Positions 8,705 through 17,945 are shown, counted from the stretch's first letter. The stretch: DNA of 38,447 nucleotides from Gemmatimonadota bacterium (GCA_039589315.1 JBDHHQ010000069.1:1-38447); one strand, 5' to 3'. A program made the numbers and translations. The notes: a model not told the origin generated them from the sequence alone.

Positions 8705-8789
8705 CCCGACCTTCCTTGACCACACCGGTCAACATCTTCATGGCCCACAGAGCAAGCTGAAGAGGCGGGAACCTGAGACGGGTCTTGGT

Positions 8790-8817
8790 TGTAGATGATC
8801 TGTATAATATTTGTATA
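8790..8817 (-). promoter_or_regulatory. Three tandem 11-bp CarH-type repeats upstream of the TonB receptor
   Basis: Minus strand reads TATACA-aatat-TATACA-gatca-TCTACA; it overlaps a plus-strand TATAAT at 8803-8808. Confidence 0.75.
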
Positions 8818-8850
8818 GGACTTTGTTGCCCGAGAGCCGACGGAACCCCC

Positions 8851-11199
8851 ATGAGGCACCGCTTCCGATACCCACCGCTGTTCCGCACCGCGCCCCTCCT
8901 GGTGGTGCTGTGGGTCGCGGGTCCCATGCATCTGCTTGCCCAGACCGGCGAAATCCAGGGGCGCGTGCTCGACGAGACCAGGCAGTCGCCGCTGGCGGGC
9001 GCGGCGGTCACCTTGGTGGGTTCGGACGTCGGTACCGTGACGCGGGCCGACGGTGGCTTTCTGCTCCAGGACCTCGCGCCGGGTGTCTATACGGTCGAGG
9101 TCCGGTTCCTGGGCTTCCAGACGACACGCGAATCCGACGTCGCGGTGCAGCCGAGCCATCCTACCTTCGTTCTGGTGGAGCTGAAGGAGGAGGCCGTCGC
9201 GGTCGAGGGGATCGTGGTGGAAGGCGGTGACGCCTTCAGCGTACCGGACGACAGCCCGGTCTCGCTTCGAATCCTGGCGGCGGAAGAGGTCCGCCGCACG
9301 CCAGGAGGATTCTCGGACATCTCGAGGACACTCCTCTCGCTGCCGGGCGTGGTGGGTGGGGTGGACAATCGGAACGACCTGCTGGTCCGTGGAGGTGCCC
9401 CCAGCGAGAACGCCTACTACCTGGATGGGATTCGGATCCCCCAGATCAACCACTTCGCCACTCAGGGTGCGTCGGGCGGGGCGCTCGGTCTGGTGAATGT
9501 GGACTTCATCCGAGAGACCGAGTTCTACACGGGCGGCTATCCCGTCCGGTATGGCGACGCCCTGTCCTCGGTGCTTCTTCTTGAAAACCGGCCTGGTAGC
9601 CCAGGGGGCGTGCAGGGTGACTTCACGGTAGGGGCGTCCGAGGCGGCCCTCACGCTCGACGGTCCCCTGACCTCCAAAGGCAACTGGCTCTTCAGCGCCA
9701 GACGGTCCTACACGCAATTCCTCTTCGAGCTGCTTGACCTGCCCATCCGGCCCGACTACTGGGACTTTCAGACCCGTGTCGAGTACGACGTGACCCCACG
9801 GGATCGGCTCATGCTTGTGGGCATCGGCGCCATCGACGACTTCGACATCGTGGACCCGGGCCCGGACGGAGATCCGGGAAACATCGAGATATACAACCGG
9901 GTGATCGACAACGATCAACGGAGCTACACGCTGGGGACCAGCTGGCGCCGTCTCTTCGGCGACGGCTACTTCACCCTGAGCCTCAGCCGTTCAGTCAGCG
10001 ACTTTCGGTTCGCGGACCGGGACCAGAGCGACGCCCCGCTGCTTCGCAACCGCTCCGTCGAAGTGGACAATCGCCTCCGGCTGGACGGCGACCTCCGCGT
10101 CTCGCGGACACTGAGCGCGGGTTGGGGGGCGGGCGGGAGCTATAGCGGGATCGACACCGAATTCCTTCGGCGCGCCACGCCGGGATCATCCTTCGATCAG
10201 GACCTGGCGTTCGCGGCAGAACTGCGCTTCTGGAAGAGCTACGCCTATGGCCAGCTCACCTGGCGGGGCTTCTCCGGACGGCTGACGGCTACCGGGGGAC
10301 TGCGGGTCGACGAGGTGTCGTTTCTCCGCGACGGCCTTTCTGTCTCTCCCCGACTGTCGGCGTCGCTCCAGCTCGGCGACCGGTGGACCGCCAGCGTATC
10401 CGCGGGGGTTTTTCATCAGACCCCGCAGTACATCTCCATGGCCGTCCAGGAAGACGGGCGATACGTGAACAGAAGGCTACGGCCGATCCGAAACGACCAG
10501 TGGGTGGCCGGTCTGAGCTGGAGGGCCAATCCGGGACTCCAGCTCAAGGCCGAAGGTTTCTACAAACGCTACAGCCACTACCCGGTCTCGAGGGACGACC
10601 CGCGGATCTCTCTCGCGAATCTCGGAGGAGACTACGGGTTCGTGGGCGCCGAGCCGCTCACGCCGTCCGGCAAGGGGCGGGCCCGTGGCATCGAGCTGTT
10701 CGCGCAGCAGAAGCTCACCGAGCGGATCTACTTCCTAGGAGCCTATACGCTGTCGTGGAGCGAGTTCACCGGCAGCGACGGCGTCTACAAGCCGTCCACC
10801 TGGGACCGTCGCCACGCACTCGATTTGACGAGCGGCTACCGCCTCGGAGACCTGTGGGAATTCGGCGCCAAGTGGCGCCTCCTCTCGGGTCGAGCCGACA
10901 CCCAGTTCGACCCCGTGCTTTCGCCCATCGAGTTCCAGATCACGGGGCGCGGCGTGCCCGACTGGGACCGGATCGGAACGGAGAGAACCCCCGTGTATTC
11001 CCGCTTGGACGTTCGGGTCGAGCGGCGCTTCTTCTTCGATCGCTGGAACGCGCGGGTCTACCTCGACATCCAGAACGTCCTAAACCAGCCGAATCCGGTG
11101 GGCTATCGCTACACCGAGGATCCGGCCTTCCCCGACCATCGCCGACCCATCGACGGCGCAGGCGTGCTACCCACGATTGGGTTCACCATCGAGTGGTAG
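8851..11199 (+). CDS. TonB-dependent outer-membrane receptor with N-terminal carboxypeptidase-regulatory-like domain
   Basis: Signal peptide; GEIQGRVLD...GTVTRADGGF; plug motifs LPGVV, VRGGAPSEN and YLDGIRIP; GGYPVRYG; barrel ending IGFTIEW. Confidence 0.93.
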   Translation: MRHRFRYPPLFRTAPLLVVLWVAGPMHLLAQTGEIQGRVLDETRQSPLAGAAVTLVGSDVGTVTRADGGFLLQDLAPGVYTVEVRFLGFQTTRESDVAVQPSHPTFVLVELKEEAVAVEGIVVEGGDAFSVPDDSPVSLRILAAEEVRRTPGGFSDISRTLLSLPGVVGGVDNRNDLLVRGGAPSENAYYLDGIRIPQINHFATQGASGGALGLVNVDFIRETEFYTGGYPVRYGDALSSVLLLENRPGSPGGVQGDFTVGASEAALTLDGPLTSKGNWLFSARRSYTQFLFELLDLPIRPDYWDFQTRVEYDVTPRDRLMLVGIGAIDDFDIVDPGPDGDPGNIEIYNRVIDNDQRSYTLGTSWRRLFGDGYFTLSLSRSVSDFRFADRDQSDAPLLRNRSVEVDNRLRLDGDLRVSRTLSAGWGAGGSYSGIDTEFLRRATPGSSFDQDLAFAAELRFWKSYAYGQLTWRGFSGRLTATGGLRVDEVSFLRDGLSVSPRLSASLQLGDRWTASVSAGVFHQTPQYISMAVQEDGRYVNRRLRPIRNDQWVAGLSWRANPGLQLKAEGFYKRYSHYPVSRDDPRISLANLGGDYGFVGAEPLTPSGKGRARGIELFAQQKLTERIYFLGAYTLSWSEFTGSDGVYKPSTWDRRHALDLTSGYRLGDLWEFGAKWRLLSGRADTQFDPVLSPIEFQITGRGVPDWDRIGTERTPVYSRLDVRVERRFFFDRWNARVYLDIQNVLNQPNPVGYRYTEDPAFPDHRRPIDGAGVLPTIGFTIEW

Positions 11200-11232
11200 C
11201 ACGCCGATGAGGAGGCGGTGCGGGTCGGAGGG

Positions 11233-11640
11233 TCACTCGGCCCGTAACGCCTCCACCGGGTTGACCCGCGTAGCCCTCCGGGCCGGCAGATACGCAGCCA
11301 GGACGGCGACCGACGCAAGCACGAGCCCGGCGATCACGAAATCGGGTCGGCAGGCTCGATCTCCTAGAGCAGCCCCGCCAGGAAGTTGGAGAGGAACAGG
11401 GCCCCAGTCCCCCACGAGCAGGGCCGTGACGACCAGAATCGCGCCTTCGCGAAGGACCATGCGGAGCACGCGGCTTCGATCGGCGCCCACCACCAGACGG
11501 ATGCCGAACTCCCCCGTTCGCTGACTGACCGAAAACGCCAGCACTCCCAGCACGCCCACGGCAGCGATCAACAGCGCCAAGAGGGCGAACGCCCCGAAGA
11601 GCGTGGCGTTCAGTCGCTCCGGAGCTATGCTGTCGGTCGT
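11233..11640 (-). pseudogene. C-terminal fragment of a MacB/FtsX-type (ADOP) ABC permease
   Basis: GVLAFSVSQRTGEFGIR and YLPARRATRVNPVEALRAE. The middle segment (GALFLSNFLAGLL*EIEPADP) lies in another frame and contains a stop. Confidence 0.85.
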
Positions 11641-11685
11641 CTTCTGCAGCGCACGACGTGCAAGTTGTTGGGCCACCTCTCGCTC

Positions 11686-12126
11686 GAGCCTTGCTCCTCA
11701 CCAGGGAGCGAGGCCCCCCCCGCCTACCGGTCGAGCCGGATCAACGCGTTCCCGAGCCCGGTCAGATACACCGGTCCCTAACCGGGTGATGGAATCATCC
11801 CGGCAATCGCCCCGGGAGCGGGACTCTGCGGGGGCGGTGCCATCAACTGGAGCCACGGCTCCCCTGCTTCACGCAGTGCCGTGATCTCAGCGATCGCCTG
11901 CTCGCTCTCGGGAGTGGAGACTCGGAAGACCGACTGGATGGTGCTAGTGGCTGGGTCGTACACCACGACTTCGGTCCGGAGCGGCTGTGCCACACAGAGG
12001 TGGCCTTGGTCGTCGAGTTCCACATTGTCTGGACCGCTCACTTGAAGGTCAACGGTGCGCTCAGTCAACGCGCCCGTCGGATCCATCCGGAACCGGAGCA
12101 CCCGCTCGCCCATCGTTTCCGCTACA
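11686..12126 (+). repeat. ~440 bp direct repeat, copy 2
   Basis: Matches 2287-2728 with scattered substitutions. Confidence 0.95.
11724..12126 (-). pseudogene. Second, shorter SMP-30/gluconolactonase fragment
   Basis: VAETMGERVLRF...GPDNVELDDQGHL; CAG>TAG premature stop at 11778-11780 relative to copy 1. Confidence 0.85.
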
Positions 12127-12490
12127 GGTGGTGAGGAGCACGCGGCGGGGGGCGAGGGCCGTGATGGTGATGAGAGCGACGAGGAGAGTGACAAGTACCG
12201 TGGAGGCGAAGCTCGTGAGGGCGGAGAACACGGTGAAGGCGGTGAGGGCGAAAAGCACGACGAGGGAGAAGGCGATGGTGAGGAGTCGGGCGCGTACATC
12301 GAGCGGGGCGCCACGCGGGACGCAATCCGGCGCGGTGCCCGGTTGGTCCTGTCATTTGATCCGGCGTCGAACGCTTTCGTCGGGACGGTCGAGAACACCA
12401 CCGAGGCGACGATGTGTGCCGTTTGAGTTTAGGTCCACCTGTCGTCGGGAGCGGAGCTCGGCCCAACTGTGCGCACCGAGGTGCATCGGG
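12127..12490 (+). pseudogene. Fragment of a protein with a Gly/Glu/His-rich tract and a beta-sandwich (FxLYD-like) domain
   Basis: GGEHGEGGEGEKHDEGEG-EESGAYI...GARLVLSFD...FVGTVENTT, continuing past two stops as V*V*VHLSSGAELGPT. No start codon. Confidence 0.55.
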
Positions 12491-12563
12491 ATCGTCGCGG
12501 GCTCGGCGGTCCTGATTTCGTTTTGTGCGGATAGCATGCCGGCTTTCGGGGTAGCGGGCCGAG

Positions 12564-12854
12564 CTACCCGACCTCGGCCGGCTCGATCGCGTCGAGCTCC
12601 TGGGCCTGTTCGGAGTGCAGCGCATCCCAGAGATCGACGGCCTGTTGAAGGTTGAGCCAGAAGTCTGGCTCCGTCCCGGTGAACCGGGCTAGTCGAAGAG
12701 CGGTGTCAGGGGTGACAGCACGCTTTCCATTCACGATTTCGTTCATCCGAGGATACGAGATTCTAAGCCGTGCAGCCGCGTCCTTCTGAGTGATCTCGAG
12801 CGGAATGAGGAACTCCTCGAGGAAGATCCTACCGCCAGGACTCGTGAATCGCAC
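12564..12854 (-). CDS. higA: HigA-family addiction-module antitoxin (XRE HTH), 5' end possibly truncated
   Basis: FLEEFLIPLEITQ, RMNEIVNGKRAVTPDTALRLARF and FWLNLQ. Confidence 0.85.
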   Translation of the reverse strand: MRFTSPGGRIFLEEFLIPLEITQKDAAARLRISYPRMNEIVNGKRAVTPDTALRLARFTGTEPDFWLNLQQAVDLWDALHSEQAQELDAIEPAEVG

Positions 12855-12931
12855 CCGATCGGACGTATCTTGTCAAAGGCTCATGGACGAGTCGCCGTTC
12901 CTCCGGTTTTGAAGCCACTCCGCCGAGACTC

Positions 12932-14896
12932 ATGCCGAACACCACCGTTGCTCGTGGCCGCCGACTCGCGGCGATCATGTTTGCCGACATCGTCGGCTAT
13001 ACCGCGATGATGCAGGACAATGAAGCAGAAGCCAGAATCGTGTGCAGCTCGTTTCGCTCTTTGTTGCAGAACGTCTTGCCGCCGCGCTCCGGTGAGATCG
13101 TTCAGTTCTACGGCGACGGTGCCCTGATCATCTTCGACAGCGCGAAAGAAGCGGTCCTCGCCGCCCTGGCCATTCAACAAACGGCTCTCCGGGACCCAAC
13201 GATACCGTTACGCACGGGCATTCACGTTGGCGACGTCGTCCATGATGAGTCGGGTGTCTATGGCGACGGTGTGAACATCGCGTCGCGCATCGAATCGATG
13301 GCCATTCCGGGTGCCGTCCTGTTGTCCGAACAGGTGAAGCGGGAGATCGAGAACCACCCCGACATCCGGACCGTACCGTTGGGGGAGTACAATCTGAAGA
13401 ACATCAAACGGCCGGTCAGAGTTCATGCCCTTCGGGACGACCAGATTACGGTTCCCCTACCTGGGCAGATTCACGCAGAGTCGAAGGCATCGGCGAGAAC
13501 GATGGTCGCCGTGATGCCCTTCACGTCGTTTGGCCCCGACGACGACAGCACATACTTCGCGGACGGACTCTCGCAAGAGATTGTCAACGGGCTGACCAAA
13601 GTCGAGGGGCTGTCGATCATTTCCCGGTCCACGTGCCTCGCGATCCAGGTCGACGCCCCGGACCCCATCAGCGTTGGCAAGCGCCTCAATGTTCGGAACA
13701 TCCTCGAGGGAAGCGTTCGAAAGGCCGGTACCGACATCCGGGTGTCGGTTCAGCTCGTCAATACAGCGGACGGGTCACAGCTCTGGTCCGAGAAGTATGA
13801 CCGGAGGCTCGACAACGTCTTCGAGGTACAGGACGAGATCGCCCAGCTCGTCGTCAATGGTCTGAAGCTCAACTTCGACCTCGACACGAAGGATCGGCGC
13901 ATCATCGCACGTGCAACCGACAACGTCGAGGCATACAACCTGTATCTCAAAGGACTCCATCATTGGAACAGCAGAACCCCGGAGTCCGGTCAGAAGGCCG
14001 TGCAGCTGCTGGAAGATGCCCTGGAGCTCGATCCCGAGTTTCCCACCGCCAAGTGTACGCTATCCCAATGCTACGCCTACCTCGGCTCGTGCGGCGTGCT
14101 GCCGCCCAGGGACGCGTATGGCAAGGCGTTGGAGCATGCCATGAGCGCGATCGAACGCGATCCAAGAATGGCCGAGGCGCACCTGGCGCTCGCCGTGCTC
14201 AAGTTCTACCACCTTTGGGACTGGATCGGAACCAGGGCGTCGCTGGACAAGGCCGAGGCCCTGGGCCTGGACTCCGCCGAGTTCCACCAGGTCTATGGCT
14301 TCTATCTCGCGGCGACTGGTCAGCCCCGAGAGGGGCTGCCCAAGGTGCAACGCGCGGTCGAGCTCGACCCGTTGTCGGTACCCACGATCTACGTCCTCGC
14401 GGCGCTCCATTTCTTTTGTGAGGAGTACGACACGGCTCTCCGACTCCTTGACGAGATCATCGAGCTGAACCCTGGCTTCCGCGGCGCCTACCAGGTCAAG
14501 GGGTTTGCGTTGCTGATGCTCGACAGGCATGAAGAGGCATTGACAGTCCTCGAGCAATACCACGCGCTCGTCAACCATCCCCTCAAGGGCCTCATGGGTT
14601 TGACGCTTGTCCACGATCGCCTGGGCAACGAGGAGCGGGTCGCGGACTTCCTCGCGCGCATGTATCAGAGGCTGGACGAGGAGGCTGGCGTGGCGGCCGA
14701 GATCGATCTCGCGCTCGTATGCGCCGGACTCGGTCGGTTCGACAAAGCGATCGAGCACCTCAACAGCGTCTATGACCAGCGGTACAGCATCGCCTGCACG
14801 GGGATGATCTGGATCCTTCGATGCTCGTACTTTTCGGCGCTGTGGGAGCAGCCGGGCTACAAGCTGTTGCTGGAGAGAATGGGGCTGGAGCGGTAG
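12932..14896 (+). CDS. Class III nucleotide cyclase with TolB-like and TPR domains
   Basis: RRLAAIMFADIVGYT, YGDG, RTGIHVGDV and YGDGVNIASR; VAVMPF...EGSVRK...LWSEKYDR; C-terminal TPR helices. Confidence 0.92.
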   Translation: MPNTTVARGRRLAAIMFADIVGYTAMMQDNEAEARIVCSSFRSLLQNVLPPRSGEIVQFYGDGALIIFDSAKEAVLAALAIQQTALRDPTIPLRTGIHVGDVVHDESGVYGDGVNIASRIESMAIPGAVLLSEQVKREIENHPDIRTVPLGEYNLKNIKRPVRVHALRDDQITVPLPGQIHAESKASARTMVAVMPFTSFGPDDDSTYFADGLSQEIVNGLTKVEGLSIISRSTCLAIQVDAPDPISVGKRLNVRNILEGSVRKAGTDIRVSVQLVNTADGSQLWSEKYDRRLDNVFEVQDEIAQLVVNGLKLNFDLDTKDRRIIARATDNVEAYNLYLKGLHHWNSRTPESGQKAVQLLEDALELDPEFPTAKCTLSQCYAYLGSCGVLPPRDAYGKALEHAMSAIERDPRMAEAHLALAVLKFYHLWDWIGTRASLDKAEALGLDSAEFHQVYGFYLAATGQPREGLPKVQRAVELDPLSVPTIYVLAALHFFCEEYDTALRLLDEIIELNPGFRGAYQVKGFALLMLDRHEEALTVLEQYHALVNHPLKGLMGLTLVHDRLGNEERVADFLARMYQRLDEEAGVAAEIDLALVCAGLGRFDKAIEHLNSVYDQRYSIACTGMIWILRCSYFSALWEQPGYKLLLERMGLER

Positions 14897-14996
14897 GTGG
14901 TGGGGCGAGCGGGACATCGGGAGAATCCGCCCATCATCCCCGGTCCCTGTTTCTCTGAACGTCGCGATTCTGATTCTTCGCACGAACAGCCACCAG

Positions 14997-15328
14997 GGGG
15001 TGAGATCGCGATCCGGAGCGCCTTGGGCGCCAGTCGGCGGCGGGTGGTCGCCCAGCTGTTCGCTGAGGCCCTCGTGTTGTCCCTCATTGCGGCGGCGATC
15101 GGGGTGACGATTGCGGCGGCGGTACTGCAGGGGGTCGAGGAGTTCCAGGTCCGTACCCAGGAGGAGCTTCTCTTTTGGCTGGACCTGGGGCTCTCTCCCG
15201 GCTTGGTCGCGTACGTGGTGGGCTTGGCACCCCTGGCGGGTGTGATCGTGGGTATTCTGCCCGCGATCAAGGCGACCGGACGCCAGGTCCGGAGCGGAGT
15301 GCGGCGACTGCCGTCCCGGGGATCACAG
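14997..15328 (+). pseudogene. Internal fragment of an ADOP/MacB-type ABC permease, in frame with the next gene
   Basis: GEIAIRSALGASRRRVVAQLFAEALVL...GILPAIKAT; no credible start. Confidence 0.8.
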
Positions 15329-17602
15329 ATGCGGGGGCGCGGCGTTCTGACGCTGACCGCCGTCGTGACGCTGTTGCCGGGCTCCCTGATCGCACAGCAA
15401 GGTGGAACGGTGCCGGCCACGACGGCGGATGTAGGCTTCGCGTCGCCCGACCCCCTCGTAATCCCTCCCCTGACAGGAACGCTCGCGATCGACGGCGTGG
15501 TTGATGAGCCTGCCTGGGACGAGATCGAGCCGTTCCCGGTCACCCTGCACTTTCCCGTCTTCCGGGGCGAGCAGACGGAGGAGACCGAGCTGCGGGTCAC
15601 GTACGACGACCGCTACCTGTATGTCTCTGCCCGCATGTACGACTCGGAGCCGGACCTGATCCGGCTGAACACCTTCTACCGCGACCAGTACAGCGGCGAT
15701 GACATCATCGGCATCGTCATCGACAGCTACAACGACTACGAGACGGCATTGTGGTTCACCACGAATCCCTCCGGAGCCCGGACTGACCGGACGATCTCGA
15801 ACGACGGCCAATTCACCGGAGGGACCTTGGTATTGAACTCCGACTGGAACTCCCACTGGGATGTGGCGACGTCCCGGGACGAGCGAGGGTGGTACGCCGA
15901 GTTCCGGATCCCGTTTTCGACCCTTGGCTTCCAGACGGTGGGCAGAGAGGTGACGATGGGCCTCGTGGTCTACCGGCATATAGCCCGGAAGAACGAGCGC
16001 CACACCTATCCGGCGATGGATCCCGAGTGGGGCGGATTGGCGTTCGCCAAGCCCTCCGGGGCGCAGCGGATCACGCTACGCAACGTGCAGCAGTCCACGC
16101 CGGTGTACGTCACGCCGTATGCACTGGGGGGATTGACCCAGACGCCCGAGCTGCGGACCCCCCCGGACGTGCCGGTCGCGAGTTGGGAGAACGTGCGGGA
16201 CCCCACGACCGAGATCGGGGCGGACCTGAAGTACTCGCCCACGTCGAACCTGGCGCTCGATCTCACGCTCAATACCGACTTCGCTCAGGTCGAGGCCGAT
16301 CAGCAGCAGGTCAACCTGACGCGTTTTCCCCTCTTCTTTCCCGAGAAACGGCAGTTCTTCCAGGAGCGGTCCTCCACGTTCGAGTTCAACACGGGTGGCT
16401 TCACCAACCGGCTCTTCCACAGCCGTCAGATCGGCCTGCACCGGGGGGAGATCGTCCGTCTCTACGGCGGCGTCCGAGCGGTGGGCCGCCTCGGCGGGAC
16501 CGACTACGGGTTCCTCAACATGCAAACCGCCTCCCAGGGGGGAAGCTCGGGAGAGAACTTCGGCGTTCTGCGGCTCCGCCAGCAGGTGCTGAACGCGAAC
16601 TCGACCGTGGGGGCCATGCTCACGACTAGACTGGGGTCCAACGGCCAGAACAACCTGGCGTACGGACTCGACAGTCAGCTGCGGCTCATCGGCGACGAGT
16701 ACCTGATCGTGAAGTGGGCGCAGACCTTCGACGAGGCCATAGACGAGGAGAACGCCCTCGAGTCGGGTCTGGTGCAGGCGCGGTGGGAGCGCCGACGCGA
16801 CGGCGGGCTGTCTTATTTCGCCGACTTCATCCGGGTGGGTGTGGACTACACGCCGCGGCTGGGCTTCCAGTCCCGCCGCGACTTCACGCTCGCATCGGGG
16901 CAGCTCCAGTACAAGTTCTTCCCCGAGGCTTCCTCGTTCCGCAATTACGGCGCCGCGCTCCACACCGCCCACTACTTCCGCAACGAGGACGGATCCGCCG
17001 AGTCCCGCAGCATCACGCCGCAGCTCGTGGCGGAGACCCTGAGCGGGACGACGATCACGCTGAGCGGCATATCGTCGTTCGAAAGCGTAACGGACTCGTT
17101 TCCGATCGCTGATGTCTTCGTCCCGCCGGGCGAGTACTGGTTCCATGAGGGCCGTCTGAACGTCGAGCTGCCGTTCAGCGCCAACTTCCGCGGTGACTAC
17201 ACGGCGAGCGCCGGGACCTTCTACGACGGCACCCGCGTGTCCGCTGCTCTCGACCCGGTCTGGAACGCATCCCGGTACCTGGAGCTGGGGGGCGGGTACG
17301 AGATCAACCGGATCGTCTTCAGTGACCGAGATCAGGCCACGACCATCCAACTGGGGCGGCTCAACGCCGTGATCGCATGGAACACCAAAGCCTCCCTGAG
17401 CACGTTCCTCCAGTACAACAGCTCCATCGATCTCACGAGCATGAACGTGCGCTTCCGGTACCACTTCCGTGAGGGGACCGATCTGTGGATCGTCTATAAC
17501 GAGGGGCTGAACACCGTTCGCGCCAACGGGCTGGATCCACGGCTGCCGCTCTCAGCCGGTCGCTCGCTGATGGTCAAGTACAACCACGCCTTCATCTGGT
17601 AG
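15329..17602 (+). CDS. CBM9/DOMON-like plus DUF5916 outer-membrane protein
   Basis: Signal-like N-terminus; IDGVVDEPAW, YDDRYLYV, WYAEFRIPFSTL, DLTLNTDFAQVEAD, FPLFFPEKRQFF, LFHSRQIG; terminal W. Confidence 0.88.
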   Translation: MRGRGVLTLTAVVTLLPGSLIAQQGGTVPATTADVGFASPDPLVIPPLTGTLAIDGVVDEPAWDEIEPFPVTLHFPVFRGEQTEETELRVTYDDRYLYVSARMYDSEPDLIRLNTFYRDQYSGDDIIGIVIDSYNDYETALWFTTNPSGARTDRTISNDGQFTGGTLVLNSDWNSHWDVATSRDERGWYAEFRIPFSTLGFQTVGREVTMGLVVYRHIARKNERHTYPAMDPEWGGLAFAKPSGAQRITLRNVQQSTPVYVTPYALGGLTQTPELRTPPDVPVASWENVRDPTTEIGADLKYSPTSNLALDLTLNTDFAQVEADQQQVNLTRFPLFFPEKRQFFQERSSTFEFNTGGFTNRLFHSRQIGLHRGEIVRLYGGVRAVGRLGGTDYGFLNMQTASQGGSSGENFGVLRLRQQVLNANSTVGAMLTTRLGSNGQNNLAYGLDSQLRLIGDEYLIVKWAQTFDEAIDEENALESGLVQARWERRRDGGLSYFADFIRVGVDYTPRLGFQSRRDFTLASGQLQYKFFPEASSFRNYGAALHTAHYFRNEDGSAESRSITPQLVAETLSGTTITLSGISSFESVTDSFPIADVFVPPGEYWFHEGRLNVELPFSANFRGDYTASAGTFYDGTRVSAALDPVWNASRYLELGGGYEINRIVFSDRDQATTIQLGRLNAVIAWNTKASLSTFLQYNSSIDLTSMNVRFRYHFREGTDLWIVYNEGLNTVRANGLDPRLPLSAGRSLMVKYNHAFIW

Positions 17603-17689
17603 GGACAGGACACCCGTGACTCGGGGCTGCGCGGGCCGCAATGAGGATGCCGAGCATTAGCTCCGGGAAGTCATCGCGCTGGGATGCGA

Positions 17690-17945
17690 CGGGCCCAATG
17701 CGCACGCACGGCTCGGCATGGCCTTGCTCGGTCTCGGCCGGTTGGAGGATGCTGTCCGAACGATGGAGCAAGGCCGTGAGATCGGCGGAGGAACGCTGGG
17801 GGGGTTCTCGCCTACGCGTACGCGCGGGTCGGTGACCTGCCCCGGGCCGAGCAGCTGGTGGACGAGGACGAGGCGACGGGCGAGGATGTCAGGCCGTTCG
17901 CGTATGTCGCGGTCGGTCGGAGGGACCGTGCCCTGGCGCTCCAGG
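17690..17945 (+). pseudogene. TPR-domain C-terminal fragment
   Basis: MALLGLGRLEDAV, then a frameshift in the G run near 17800 to GVLAYAYARVGDLPRAEQL...YVAVGRRDRAL. Confidence 0.55.

Noticed and set aside
8716..8732. Inverted repeat TTGACC-N5-GGTCAA as an FNR/CRP-type site
   Set aside because: The spacing and half-sites do not match TTGAT-N4-ATCAA, it occurs once, and no cognate regulator is nearby.
8705..8790. Cobalamin riboswitch upstream of the TonB receptor
   Set aside because: Only a GGGAA is present. The other conserved elements, including the B12 box, are not recognisable and the space is short.
12129..12290. Purine-rich repeats as a CRISPR or tandem array
   Set aside because: No constant repeat-spacer period; explained by Gly/Glu codons. 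No CRISPR array or cas gene was seen anywhere in the window.
12400..12450. Stop-codon recoding (TGA/TAG readthrough)
   Set aside because: Intact genes here end in TGA and TAG normally, and this fragment also lacks a start, so decay is the simpler explanation.
14990..15005. CACCAGGGRG motif shared with ~2300 and ~11699 as a recombination site
   Set aside because: Two of the three copies belong to the 440-bp repeat, and one extra short match is expected by chance in GC-rich DNA.
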